A stretch of DNA of 63,832 nt, filler included, from Sluysia triapertura (taxonomy: Eukaryota), in the NCBI GenBank assembly GCA_046118255.1. It is 5 parts of 5 records of this genome, joined end to end, with 100 filler letters (N's around TTAATTAATTAA, not from the genome) between each part and the next. Parts side by side here need not be neighbours in the genome. Positions count along the whole stretch, not along the records: positions 1 to 13,471 come from JBJNIA010038587.1; 4 more parts are not named here. One strand, given 5' to 3'. The notes beneath the pieces were generated by a model, which was not told the DNA's origin, ran no database searches, and saw only the letters and a program-made list of their open reading frames with translations. The translations under genes and the position numbers were made by a program. Below, piece by piece: positions 1-13,029 of this stretch. The stretch's first letter is position 1. Every line of letters begins with the position of its first letter.

Positions 1-460
1 AGCCTTTTATCCACGATCTTCCAATACTTAAATCTTGTTTTCAATTATGAACTTTAATCAACATCTAAGAACTCATTTTAACATTCTCTATTTCATCTCA
101 CGATTCAAATCAATTATTATATCTTCAAAGGTAATTATACTAAACAATTCTTTCAAAACAATTTTTACTCAAAAACTTTAGTCTCAAATACATTTTTAAT
201 TTATTTCAACATGTTAGAAATCTTTATGAATTAAGGAAGATCGTGTACAGTTTTAAAGAATTCAGTTGTATACAACGAAATAACAACAATAACTCGAGCA
301 TAGTGCACCCTGTTATTGTCGCTATTTCTTCTAATGTTATCAATTTTTATTTCTTTATATGTCAAGAAAGAAGTAAGGATGAAAGAAAGTTCGTGTCAGA
401 TTAATAAAAGAAAATTATGCATGTTTTTACTTTTTCCTTTGTTAATAATAATAACAATAT

Positions 461-617
461 TGTTAGACTTCGTAAAATGGACTGATCGGGGATCGAACCC
501 AGGACCATCGCCTGTGCAGTCGGTGCTCTATCACTGAGCTATCAGCCCCGTCTAACAATTTCATTTTTATTAAATTCAATTTTACCAAATGGCACTTTTA
601 GGCCATTTACCCCAACA
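461..617 (-). mobile_element. 157-bp TG...CA element (solo-LTR/TRIM-like) containing a tRNA-Cys-like sequence; 4-bp TSD ATAT
   Basis: Minus strand reads TGTTGGGG...GTCTAACA; ATAT on both sides (457-460, 618-621); the homologous site at ~18958-18970 lacks the insert. Confidence 0.75.
478..548 (-). pseudogene. tRNA-Cys(GCA)-derived sequence with A- and B-box-like Pol III motifs
   Basis: GGGCTGA TAGCTCAGTGATAGAGC ... CT-GCA-CA ... GGTTCGATCCCCG ... TCAGTCC; acceptor and D stems pair, T loop intact, anticodon stem does not pair. Confidence 0.75.
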
Positions 618-698
618 ATATTGTTATTGTTATTATTATTACCAAATTATTAAATTTAATAATCATTTAATTTTCATAAAAGTCACAATTGGTTACTA

Positions 699-867
699 CC
701 ATCACCAGTGTTGATACTACTCATCACAATCTTCATTATCGTGTCAACACTGATGATGGCCAATCATCAGTGATCATTATTGTTCTGAATAAAATTTGTT
801 TTTCCAACTATCATCCAATCAGGGCTAATTTTATTGAATTGTATATTGGCAAACCCTGATTGGATGA
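699..867 (+). promoter_or_regulatory. Overlapping hairpins plus inverted CCAAT-box pair (copy A)
   Basis: IR 699-717/741-759; alternative stem 748-772; perfect 14-bp IR tcatccaatcaggg (811-824)/ccctgattggatga (854-867); lies directly upstream of ORF 991. Confidence 0.6.
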
Positions 868-990
868 CCAACCACATACTAAGAGGCAAAAGATAGTATA
901 GTTAAAAATAGACATCCTATTTTAAAATAGAAGAGTAAAATTTCATTAATAACATTGTGAGAAAAATACTTAATATTATTTTTATAAATA

Positions 991-1752
991 ATGCAATCAT
1001 ATGATGTTCAATATTTTCATAAAAAGAAATGGAAAAAGGTAATTTTTAAATATGAAAGTAAAAGAAGAGTTAAATCATGTATTTCTGTATATATATTGGA
1101 ACCAGAAATAAAAAAGATTATTTTATTATATCAGTTATTTGGTTGTAATTCTACAAGTGATGAGAAAATTAATGTTTTACTTAGTAAAATTGACTTTTGT
1201 TTGATTTCCTTGAAATCGTCGGAGTTTCGGATGAAAGTATATGATGAATTGATTAAGTATATCCCAATAAGATATCACCATTTTGAAACAGAGGATTTTT
1301 CAAAACAAAAAGACTAGCAAATTCATTTACAAGAAAGCAGAATTCTTTTGTATAATTCTTCAGAACAACAAAAGCTGTCTATTATTAAAAGATGGTTTAT
1401 GCGTGACTTAGCTCATGTAAAATTTGAACTTATTAAACAAGATATCGAATTAGATATAATTGAAAATTCAAAAGTTGTTTTTAAAGTTTTATCAAAATCA
1501 CTAGACAATTTGAAAGCTCTTATAATATTTCTATTCGCAACAGCATTTGATATCAAAATTCTATTAATCGATTTAGTTAAACCTGACGCGTCTATAAATG
1601 CCATATTTCGATTAAGCCATTTTAAATATTCAAATGTATCTCCAAATTTGTTTATGCTTAAATATGCGGATTCATCTTTCAAGGTAATAACCGGTTATTA
1701 TGATTTTTGTGAAGAAATAGATTATCGTTATCTCAATGAGATGAAATTATAA
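991..1752 (+). CDS. Orphan ORF (~253 codons) broken by one in-frame TAG at 1315-1317; cargo of module A
   Basis: ORFs 991-1317 and 1348-1752 share a frame with only one stop between them; ATG start; no recognisable domain. Confidence 0.5.
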
Positions 1753-2231
1753 TTATAATCGAAATATTGTAATGGTATCAAACTTTAATCAACAATATGC
1801 AGTAGATTACACTAAAAACAGTCATCATTTATTGTCTAACTATAGACTGCAATCGACCAATCGGAATAACATCTCTGCCATCCTATTTTATTCTTCTAAA
1901 AATATCTGAAATTATAATCAAGTGGCTTTTGGGACAACAAATTACAAGTATATCTTGCTGTATTACAAGAATAAAATTATTGGTAAAAATTCATAATGTA
2001 AATATTTTATTTTTTACAGTTATACTTATCTAAATATTGTTTTTAATTTAGAAATTCAATTCAAGACAAGGTATGAGGCGATGCATAGAATATCTTCAAG
2101 AAAAATTAAAATTTTAATTTTAACGTCAATTCATAAATGTTTACATTTTATTTTTCGGTCTTTTAATTGTTTTATAATTCATTTAAAATCCGTCATTATG
2201 TTTCATAAAACTCTAAAAGAAATATTTTTAA

Positions 2232-2300
2232 CACATTATGAGTGGGGCGGGTATTAGTACCCGTTTTATGTACTGTCACTTAAGAATACCCGCTCATGTG
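2232..2300. mobile_element. Miniature piggyBac-type inverted-repeat element with TTAA TSD
   Basis: TTAA|CACAT-tatgag..GCGGGTATT ... AATACCCGC-TCATGTG|TTAA. Confidence 0.6.
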
Positions 2301-2496
2301 TTAATATCATTTAAAACTTTTTTCAACAAAATTAATAAATTTTTAATAATAAATAAATATTTTTACCAACCAAAATAAATAGTCTATTAAATAAGCCAAC
2401 ATAGTTTGTTTATTCATTAGTCCACATTTAAATCCAATACGGCTGTCTAATTTTCTGGTCCTTAGTGCACGAGTGAATGTATATTTTAATGTATGA

Positions 2497-3080
2497 ATGT
2501 ACCAAATCTTCAATGAAAATTTGGCCAATAAAATTGCACATGGATCAAGAGTGAAGAAAGTCAATCCTTACAAATTGACAGAAAAAAATTAATATTACTG
2601 CCAATAGTCAAGTCACTTTTACAAAATTACTAGAAAATAAAAATTTTAAGGTGGCGGCCAAAAGTTTAAAAATTTACAAGCTAAACAAAATGTTAAACGT
2701 TGTATGCCACTGATTTGATCCAAACAAACGCAATGAGTTACTTGATACCAATAAAGTAATTTACGTAAACGAAAAGGATGATTATGATTACTACTACTTT
2801 GATACAATAAAGCATGAGAAAATGTTCAAGTCAAGTGCTGATAAATATGATTGTGATTAATGATTTTGTACAAACATTATGATTCGTCCATATACTAATT
2901 ATAAAGTTGCTCATCGACCAGATAAAGAGAGTGGACAAAGGTGGTGATGTTCTTGAACCCAGAAGTCATTATGAAGACTTCCCCCAAATAGCTGAAATCA
3001 AACGTAGAGCCCCCATACGGAAGAGATGCAGACAATATAAAGTAATAAACGCTGCGAGATATACTTTCATGTGTGACATA
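2497..3080 (+). pseudogene. Degenerate orphan coding-like segment
   Basis: Long coding-like frames with a few stops and frameshifts (MYQIFNENLANKIAHGSRVKK...; LIDQIKRVDKGGDVLEPRSHYEDF...). Confidence 0.3.
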
Positions 3081-3354
3081 CGCTTTTGTTCGCATACTTG
3101 TCATTTATATAAATTTTTCTCGTTTTACTCTGTGTTTTTAAAAAGGAAATTCAGCCCTCAAATTTGTTGATAATAAAAAAATGTTGGATAACATTATACA
3201 ATTTACGCGACTAAATATAATACTCAAGATAGATAAACAATTACTTTTTGATAAAAATTGAACTTCCATTTCAAAGACTAATTAAACTTAAGCAGGACCA
3301 CTTACTCAAGTAGTGGACAAAATCTTCATTCACCTTTATAAAAATCCAAAAAAT

Positions 3355-3449
3355 GGTGATAGCTCAGTGATCACGCATCGAACTGCACAGCCGTGAGGCA
3401 AGAGGGTCCGAGTTCAAATTCCGGTTAATCCATTTAGTGAAGTATAACA
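3355..3449 (+). mobile_element. Second copy of the tRNA-Cys-like element (diverged, 5' end missing)
   Basis: GATAGCTCAGTGAT...ACTGCACA...GAGTTCAAATTCCGG followed by the family tail ...GAAGTATAACA. Confidence 0.7.
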
Positions 3450-4381
3450 GTTACATAATTAACGATATTTACCTCTTAGAATTGCATATAGTCTTAATCG
3501 AATCATTGACCTCCATAAGCTATATCAGTCAAACTTTGTTAAAATTCTGTGTAAGACTCAGGGAGGTGAACTCATTAATTACCTTAATTACATTACTTTT
3601 ATGATTGAATATTAATAAATAAAAGCACCTCACAGTCTTAATATTATACAGGGTCTTTATCCAAACTTTCGGAGACAGAGTTTGATAAGTCTCTCTTTAT
3701 CTATTTTTTGGTTGAAAATCAAAATTCTTTGTAACACATACATATTTTAGGTACTTTTTACCACTGTAATAGAACTGCACATATATAGTTTAAATAAATA
3801 GAAATTTTATTATTATGCTTACGTAATTAAGCATATAACTGAAGTAAAAATAAACGAAAACTAGAAAAATAAATAGATGGACAAAAATGTATCAATTTAT
3901 AGTATCTGATAATAACCAAAACTTTGTAAGATAACTTAAGTAGACAGATTTTCTTGTCTTGAGATACTAAATTACAATATTACGATTTTAGCCAAATATT
4001 TCTAACCTCAGAATTTAATCTATCACTAAATACTTAGTTCAATATAGCTTTATGAGTTTTCTGTTAATCTAATTTGAGTTTCGTTTATTTTTGCTTTTTA
4101 TTTATAATTAGTCCATGCATTACTTTCATTGGTTGAATTTTATTGCAATATTTTCTATCCAAAATAAATGTTTTAGCTCTGTTATTTTTAAAGAATTGAA
4201 TTTATTTATAGGAATTATTATTAAATTTATTTATATTTTCTTAAAATATTAAATTAACATTTGACTTTGTTTATTTGATCCGATGATTTTCTTAAAATAT
4301 TAAATTAATATTTAGATTATTAAAATGTTTAGTTTTGTTTACATTATACTAAAATGGTTGTGTGCTTATTATTATTAATAC

Positions 4382-4900
4382 TGTTGGGATTGCCCAATTG
4401 TGGATCAGGAGATGAATAAGAGACAACCACAAAATGAAGGAAGTGATTGATTGAACATTAAAACATTGTTGGAGTAAGAATTATGAAGATGAAAACATTT
4501 ATAGCAATGTTGACAACTAAGAGACATCTTGGAGGTTCAAAGACATGTAAAGGGTATTGAGACCTTATGGAAGCTTGAGATGGACTTTCAAAACCTTTAA
4601 AGGCGTTATAGTACCTTTGAATTTCCGAACTTTGAGATCATCTGAAACCTTATTAACCTTTAAGCATCTGTGAGACATCCACAAACATTTAAGACCTTTG
4701 AGTAACCTTATAAAGTGGCTGAAATCTTTAAAATATTTGAGAAATCAAATCATTACTGTTAATATTAAAGATAAATTTAATATTGTAGTAATTAACATAA
4801 AAAACTAAAAAGAGAATCAGAGAGATGAAGGTGAAAATATCTTAGAACCTTATAAACTACTAATCAACTTTACAGCATTAACAAAACCTTTAAAAATAAA
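4382..4900 (+). mobile_element. LTR-like dispersed repeat starting TGTTGGGATT (second copy 54070-54611, minus strand)
   Basis: Colinear with the reverse complement of 54150-54611 (e.g. 'gattgaacattaaaacattgttggagtaagaattatgaa' vs 'gattgaacattgtaaacattgtcgaaataagaataatgaa'). Confidence 0.65.
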
Positions 4901-5028
4901 ATAATATTAAGTCTAAAAATAGATTAATTAATTAAAATCTTAATTAACTTAATAATTAAGATTTAATTAATTAATCTTTTTTAGACTTAATATTATTTTA
5001 TTCATAAAGGTTTTGTTAATGTTCTAAA
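4868..5028. repeat. Near-perfect palindrome with ~78-bp arms
   Basis: cattaacaaaacctttaaaaataaaataatattaagtctaaaaa...cttaatta / taattaag...tttttagacttaatattattttattcataaaggttttgttaatg. Confidence 0.9.
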
Positions 5029-7849
5029 ACGTACTTCTAAAGAAAAGTATGTTTTGTGAATAGCATTCGAATGCGAAATTATACGTCAAAGCTGAAACTA
5101 TGTATGTATTTGTTTTAAAAAGATCTTTCGATGAAGGTATAGTTTGACCGAGTTAATGGAAGGAAAGCCTCAATATTGAGAAAAGTCAGATTTTAATTAA
5201 CTCCTAATTATGGAATGTTGAATTTTTCATATTTAGCATGATGAAATGATAATGAATTGAATGCAAGATGATTGCTATGAAAGAGGAGAATCCAGAAGTG
5301 AATCTAAAATGTTTCTAGAGTAGTTTGTTTGAGCATGAGAGCTTTAAATATTTTCCATAAGAAGATTGGATGTGAAAAATCAAAATTCAATAAAATTCAA
5401 AAAACATTAAATTCATTATTTTTATGCATGTTAATCATACTATTGATTGTTATTTTGATGTGGAAAGTAATTTAAGTATAGTAGTACCTAATAAAGTTTA
5501 ATATAATTGTCAAAGTTGTTACTGTCGGTCTAATTCTGAAAGATATTTTAATGATTTCTGTGAGAGTGTTTGCTTGTGAAACTCATGATTGATTGGATGA
5601 TGAGAAAGTATAAAAGGAAATACTTAACTTTTTTTCAATACAACCAGTAACGCGATGTTAATGAACGGGAAAAATTTTTAATTTACTTTATTTTAATTGC
5701 TAATAATTAAAATAGTTATTTGGGTGATATTCTATTTAATTATGTTTATAGTTAAATGAAAAATAAACTTGAGTAGAAAAGATTATTTAGTGAATGACTT
5801 ATAATTTTTCTATTACTAAAAAATATATATTGAGATTACATATTAATTTTATTTTTTGAAGTTAACAAAAATTCATAATTGTTTTTTAAGACCCTTCATC
5901 TATTTATTTATTGATAAAATTTTAGTATCTATTTTTCGAAAGTAAATAATTTAATTTGTCTGTTATCATTTTTTTGTGTTAATTATTATTTTGTTTATTT
6001 TTCTTATTTTATTTTAAATTTCTATTAGGTGGCACCAGTTTTGAATATTTTCGAATTTTAGATTTGTAGTAGTAATAATTTTGAAAAATTGATTGGAATT
6101 ATTCATTTTTACTGCTTTATTGTTATATTATTAAGTTAATTTATTATTTTAGTTAATTTTAAGTGTTAACGAGGAATTACGTATCAAGGAATTGTCGAAT
6201 GAACTAGGAACTTACATAGAATAAATCCTTGTGAATGAACGATTCTGAATCTTATATTAAATCAAAAATTTAGTGCTGACGTACAAAATCTAAGGAAATA
6301 TAATGTTATAAAATGTTATTTTAAACTGAGATGTACTTATTCAAAATTATAAAGGAAGTTAATTAATCAAATCAATCGCCTCTAGGAAATTGAAGATTTG
6401 ACAAGATTTCTCAGACATAATTATATTTAGTTTGAATAATTATTGTTGGTTTCATGCCACTTAATTTTTTAACAATATCCTTAAAAGTAAATTATCAATC
6501 AAACTTACATATGCTCTTAACTCTGAGCGTAGGGCACTTTTTAATTTATCAATTAAGGCACATTCCTTTTTATCGCGGGAATTTTGGCTCTAGCCACTAA
6601 AGACTTTAATGCGCATGCAAATTCATACACAGTTTCCTTATTCTTTTGTCATCGCGTATTAAGCATCTTCATATAGTACTTATTAATTAATATCAATCCT
6701 AATAAAAACAAATTACTTCTATCATGGAAAAATTGATAAAAATCCAGTGGTGGTTCTGCTGCGATTGAAATGAATTGAACTGCGTTACAAATGACCAGTT
6801 TTTACAAATTGTTGAAATTTCTTTAACTGATTTTACAAATGGCGATTTTCATTGTATTGATGCAAGTTTATATACTAGTCATCATCCAATGAAAATCGAT
6901 AGAGTGTTCTAGAACATTCTAAAAGCTTCTATGCTATTTATAGAAGCTAATTTTATTTTTTGGAAAATAATTGCTTTTTAATTAATTTTAATTGTTTTAG
7001 AATATTTCTTATGATTTTCAAAAATTTTTCGTGATTTTATATAGTTTTAAATAATTTTAAGGCGTTATTATGTCATATTAAAATTATTTTGTAGGGTTGT
7101 GATGGCAACCTAACACATTAATATTTGATAAATTAATATTTAAAATACATTAATTTTTTTAATAATAATTATTCTAACATGAATTTCTTCATTCTAATTT
7201 CTCACATAATGATAAATAATTATATTTTGTCCTGCGTTACTGGGCGAAAATCTGTAAGATTATTGAAGGATAAAAGTTTGTTATTACTTCGTTTTACATT
7301 GATTATTTTGATTGAATTTTTGAAGGACATACAGTTTTGATTTCATCATTCTTGGTTAATTTGAATTGGTATAGATTGTTCTGATTGGTCTAATGTTGCG
7401 TAATTGTTGAGAGCGTTCTGATAAGTTAGAGTGAATATTAATTTGTATATGGTGATAAGTTGGATATATATGATTTTAAGAGGCTAAATAAATATAAACA
7501 ATTCTGAGTGATAAATACATATTGGTAACACTTAAAATACTAAAAATTAACACTTTGTACCATCTAATGTGTACAAAATTGGTCTGTATGAGCCACTTTT
7601 GTCTTTATTCATACTAGTAATTCTGATACAAGTGCAATAATATTGTTGTAGATAAAATATTCAGAACATTACTTTTATATAACTTTTATGTAAGGATATT
7701 CTAGAATTACATTTGGTACGTTGAATTTGTTTAGTATTTCTTTTAGTGAGTTTATATCTTCTTTACTTATTTCTACTTAAGTAGCACCAAACTGACTTGA
7801 CAAGATTTATACATATGATTTGAATTTGTAAATGATATGGTCTTGTAAA

Positions 7850-8171
7850 AAGTACTTTTCGTATGAGTGAAACATTGGTGTTTCATCTATCATAAAAGAA
7901 TTTTCTATATCGGGCAAAAATTTTCGTTTACCACTGGATTATTATTTTGGTAAAATTTGTATTTATACACAAATTTTTAGCAAAACTTTTCTACTCCGTG
8001 TATATGCAAAGTGTTTAGTCATTTTTTGTCAGTGTGTGCGTATAGAAATATTTAGGAATATATAATATGAAGATAGAAATCATTTTTACGTCATGATAGC
8101 AAATATTAAGTACAAAGGTCACACTTTAGATGATATTAATCATTTAAAATTTAATCAATGGAAACCAAAAC
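7850..8171 (+). repeat. Dispersed repeat, copy 1 of 3 (others 13030-13471 plus strand, ~46080-46400 minus strand)
   Basis: Shares 'tttagtcattt...tgtgtgcg.ataga...tttagatgat...tcatttaaaatttaat...ccaaaac' with 13296-13471 and 'aaaattttcgtttacca.tgg...attttggtaaaatt' with 46201-46259. Confidence 0.7.
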
Positions 8172-8879
8172 AGTATGTTAGCATTATTCATTGGTTATTT
8201 TTGCAAATGGTAAATACAGAATTATGAGGTGTAAGGAACAAATATAATATATTTCACAAGCAATTAGAATCCAAATTGATTGTATACAATCATGCACCAA
8301 TCACATTCAAAATGGACGAATCAATTAATTTATACAAGCTATCAATTAAGCTTGGTAACCAATGTATATTTGAACTGAAATTTTTGGGGCGCTGCATTAT
8401 TTGATACAATTCTTTGCGTCGATATTTTGGTATTAAAAACTTGCAATTTGCTAAGGTGGTGGAGAAAATTAAAAATGATATGTTGTCTCATTTATAATTG
8501 GATAATTTCAAGCAAAAAATTAGTTTATAAAGGAGTGCGTTTAGAAAATCATTTTAACAATTATTATTAATTATTATGAATCAAATTGATCTGCTACAAC
8601 CAATATCAAGCAGCTTTCCGAAATTATCGGACAATATAAGTCCGAAAAATAATATGTCACCCTATTAGAAGCCATCTAGTAGGAGCTGCAGTATTAGTTT
8701 CCAATTAGTATTTGAAGACCCTAAAGCAGACGATTATAATTATTTTAAGAGCATTATTAATTTTTATGCAATGATGAAGTTTATGGAACCAAAAGTTGTC
8801 TTTTATATTAAATTCCTTAGGTAGATCTGGATTAGATGAGTAAGAGAGCCAAAAGGCAAGTATTGTAATGCAGCTAAAG

Positions 8880-9140
8880 GATTTTATGAATAACTTGAAT
8901 AATATCTATCTGTTTTATTAAGTCATAATTTATTCTACAAAGCAAAACAAAATAAACACGAATCTATTGGAGAGTTTGCTTGCAGATTGCAACTTACCAT
9001 TAGTAATGAAATTATGTAATCCATTTTTGTTTTTGGGTTCAAAGATGATAGTATCGCAGATCAGATATTGACCGACGACATGCCGATTTTACACTTGAAA
9101 GAACACTAAGAAGGCAGAAGCTTCAGAGAAGGTTAAGATA
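8880..9140 (+). mobile_element. Ty3/Gypsy-type gag remnant
   Basis: Translates SHNLFYKAKQNKHESIGEFACRLQ ... FVFGFKDDSIADQILTD ... FTLERTL, matching the Q-x-x-x-ES-x-x-EF-x-x-RL retroelement gag motif; frameshifted. Confidence 0.6.
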
Positions 9141-9205
9141 AACCGTAAAATGTTCAATGGTTAGGGTGGCGCTAGTAACTTAACTGTGGTCTCAGGGTTG
9201 ATGCA

Positions 9206-9206
<1 letters not shown>

Positions 9207-9274
<68 letters not shown>
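9207..9274. repeat. (AAT)n microsatellite; others at 9959-10006, 41368-41423, 41482-41523, 42556-42601, 50881-50939; (AGT)n at 13572-13619
   Basis: Direct inspection. Confidence 0.95.
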
Positions 9275-9277
<3 letters not shown>

Positions 9278-9956
9278 GTTTCGTGAAAAGAAGTACTGAA
9301 GAATTCAGTTACTACGAAGAGCAAATAAACATCGGAATAATCGAACAAATACTTTGGATGTTTCAGTAATACCATGTATCAATAGACGATTATTTAGCTG
9401 GTGCAGAAAAAACTCAAAAAAACATCAATAGTTTAACAATTCTAGAGCAAAACAGTGGCACTACTAAGGGTAATTGTTCGGTTAATTAAGAGAATATTCC
9501 AATTATTTATGAAAGGCAAGAAATGCTTACATATGGTCATTTTGTCATGTTTTCTTGTCTAAATTATTAACATACTTAATTCATGGAGGCTTAATTGGCA
9601 CTATAATTAAGTTTTGAACTACAAAAACCTCACTTCTACTTCTCCAGAGACAAGTTAGACTAACTCCAAATTAATAGTGAGTAATAACACCTACATTATT
9701 GTAATTGTTACATTTACAATATTTGCACAAACGTTGACTAAAAGTCACTATAAATAGTTAACTTTAAATATCCTTAATAGTAGCAAAAATAATTTACAAT
9801 TGTAACAAAAAGTATAGATAAGGGTTCATTCTAATAACTTTAATTGAGACAACATACTTTAACATTGACGTTATTACAATTTCCTGACCATTGTGAATTT
9901 GAATTATCACAATTACTTTGGCAATAATCAATTGTATCGCAATCATCATTAGCTAC

Positions 9957-10007
<51 letters not shown>

Positions 10008-12329
10008 CGAGATTATAAAATTTTATTAAATAAAACCATATCTCAAAATATTTTAGTAACCTCAATGTAAACATTTTAAAATGTCTTAAAATCTAAAATA
10101 AATGTAGGTAAATAATAATAGTACACAAGAAACATAGATAAACGTATTACATTTAAATAGAAAGTCAAGAATTATAAATTAAACCGTAGTACCCAGTATT
10201 ATTAAAATGGAATTGAAGTAATGAATACAAATAATTATTTAAAGTATATGTAAACTTTAATATGATCAAAGAATGTAGAAGAAAATTAAAAAAATAGATA
10301 AAACTGGCTATAACATGATACTAAGGGTGAAAAAATAATTTATTTTGCATCAAAAAGACAATATACAAATTCTAAATCAATTGGGTGAAAATTGATACTA
10401 CATTGACAACGCATAGAACGTCTGTGATTACAATGGCATGATCTATACAGATTTTGCCAAAAGACGTTTAAAGTAATTAGTCGTACTACAGCAACTTGCA
10501 GGAAACATGTAGATAAAATCACAGAATAATGCATTAATTCACAATGGCAATTCTTGAGAAAAGTGAATTTTAGCGCAATTTATCTTCCTTATATTACCGT
10601 TATTACTCCAAGCGATTTTTACCTCTCCCGACACCTAAAAGGAAAAAATCTTCAGTTAATAAACATATAAATTCAAAGTGTAAACACTCAAAAAAGCATT
10701 CCTTGTATAAATGAAGTTAGTCTGATATAGCCCTAGGTTTCCGATTCCGGTGTGACACGGCTGTAGGATTTTATTAATGTAAGCTAGAATCACTCAAAAG
10801 TTATGGATAGTTCATTTAATAATTGATAAAACTCTTGCATTCAACAAAATTAAAAATTAAAAATTTTATAATGTACACTGACAATAAAACAATTACAATA
10901 ATTATGCAATACTATCTTGTAGTATTAAGAATATTTAATATTGATCATTTTTTGAGTTTAATAAGATTTTATAAGTAACTTTAAATTAACTTCAAAAGAT
11001 AAATAGTTTAGTTGGGTTTTATTTCTACTTACTTTAATAAATATTAACTTAAGAAATCTTGTAAGAAACACGAATACTGATAAGACCGACAAAGATTGTT
11101 ATGTTATCTGAAATAACAGCAAATATTTCTACGATATAATTTGTAAACGACAACTTCCATGAAATTCAAAAGTTTGTCTCAGTTTATGTTGTTTTAAATT
11201 GTGAGAGTTAGGTTTTTAATTAAGGTATTTGTGTTTCAGATAAATATATAATAAAACATAATTAAAGTAAATTAAAACAATTAAAATAAGCATAATTAAA
11301 ATAAACAATTTTTTAAATTGACAAAAGTCAATTAAAAATAAATGGAAGTGAATTATCAATTAACATAAATTAAAATAGACAAATATCATAATTAATTATT
11401 ATAATTATTTTTAATTATTAAAGATGACGTGAATTCACATTTTTACAAATGTTTTCATCATATACCGTCTTCAATGCGTGAACATAATTATTATTTTATT
11501 ATCATTATTCAAACATCAAACTTAACACTTGATTTAGTTGCAAACTGATAAAAGTGCCGAGTGGGTCAATATTGAAGAACAATATTGTCACACTCACAAT
11601 TACTATGTTAAAATATATTGTTTGTTTAATGTTGTTTCGGAGGTTGCGGGTGTATTTATTGAACTCACTATAAGTTAAAATTCAAAAGAACAATTATTTT
11701 CATCCAAACATAATGTAAAAGATTAGATAAGATCTTTCTGCAAAAATATAATGATTATGTTTTTTGGTGACATTATTTATACTATTCCATCTAAAACTAC
11801 TAATATAACTTGATCTCCCGATGTCTTGAATAAACAAGCATACTATTAGCATCTAAAGCATGAGTAAAACTGTACTTTGAAATTTTTTTCAATGAAACAC
11901 CTACCTTTTATAGAGCAAAACAAACAGAAGATTTAAATTAAATTAATAAAGAATTGTTATAAAATTACTTTTTTCAATTTCGTTTTCGATATTGTCGAAA
12001 GAACTCAAATTTGAATATTTATTCATCGTGCAATCGGTGTATTCATTTTTCATATGTAAACATGGCTGCAATATATTTTTATTTCAAATCAAATAAAAAC
12101 AAAAATGAATAAATAATTTTCATTTTAGTACATTCTTAGATTTGTCTATTTTCAGTCGTTTTTACATAATAATCATACTAAAACACCAGGATTAAAAACT
12201 ACATAAAGCTAAAAAGCTATATCAAATAATAAAATGTTCCCATTATTTTTAGCAAAATAGAGAATAAAATCTTCCACGTCTAATGTATCTAAAAAGTGAT
12301 ACACCAGAGGTTAAAATATACTATCTTCA

Positions 12330-12650
12330 TTGCTGATTTCTATGTTGCTTGTTAAGTAATTCACACTGTAGAAAACTGAATCATTGTACTCCATACTGTT
12401 TTCTGAGAATTTGCCAGAGCTTAAGAGTGGTCTAACACAATACTTAAAAAAAACCTGTGTTATTAGCAAAGTATTTGAAGTTCCGTGTGCGAAGAATTGT
12501 GATAACAAATGCATTAAGTATATTGACATGTATGTATTGTATCGAATACATGATATTTTGAAAAAGAGGCATGACGATTTATTTTCTCATACTGAACGGT
12601 ACTTGCTTATAATGAATTTCATCAGACAAAACTTATTTGACACATGGTAA
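12330..12650 (+). pseudogene. Possible P-element/THAP9-type transposase C-terminal remnant
   Basis: C-x3-C...IDMYVLYRIHDILK resembles the Y-x3-R-x-H tail of P-type transposases; weak. Confidence 0.3.
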
Positions 12651-13029
12651 AGACAAAATGTAAAAATTAAACTTAAAATTACAATTATTTTTGTTGTATT
12701 GTAAGCAATGAGTTCTAATTATAAATCTGTTAGACCTAGAATGAATTATAGTTACAATTTGAAAATGTAATATACAATATACTGTATAAGTAATTAGAAT
12801 TGTGCGTGCTAAGCCACCGCCGGATTAGTGGTTTACAAACGCTCGCATAGAGTATTATTTTGTTTATTCGATTAGAGTGAGTATTAAATGTATTTGGTGA
12901 AAATAAATTGGATATAAATTTTTAAGAATAATGATAGTTATATATATTTTCATTTGGTGATGAAATAAAATAGCATAAAAAATTTATAAAAATTAGGTGA
13001 CAGAATTTTGAAACGTGATTTGAATTTTC

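Larger units (their letters stand above)
1..880 (+). mobile_element. Leader plus hairpin module, copy A (homologous to 18503-19160)
   Basis: Colinear similarity with 18503-19160 (e.g. 'aactcgagcatagtgcaccctgttat' vs 'aactcgagtatagtacaccctgttat'; 'gtgtcaacactgatgatggccaatcatc' identical in both). Confidence 0.85.

Noticed and set aside
316-537. 73-aa ORF
   Set aside because: Runs through repeat leader and antisense tRNA-like sequence; the homologous copy B lacks the inserted 3' part.
478-548. Functional tRNA-Cys gene
   Set aside because: The anticodon stem cannot pair, and the sequence sits inside a dispersed insertion with a shared non-tRNA tail.
748-775. Hammerhead ribozyme (CTGATGA present in modules A-C)
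   Set aside because: No correctly placed GAAA/stem III core follows.
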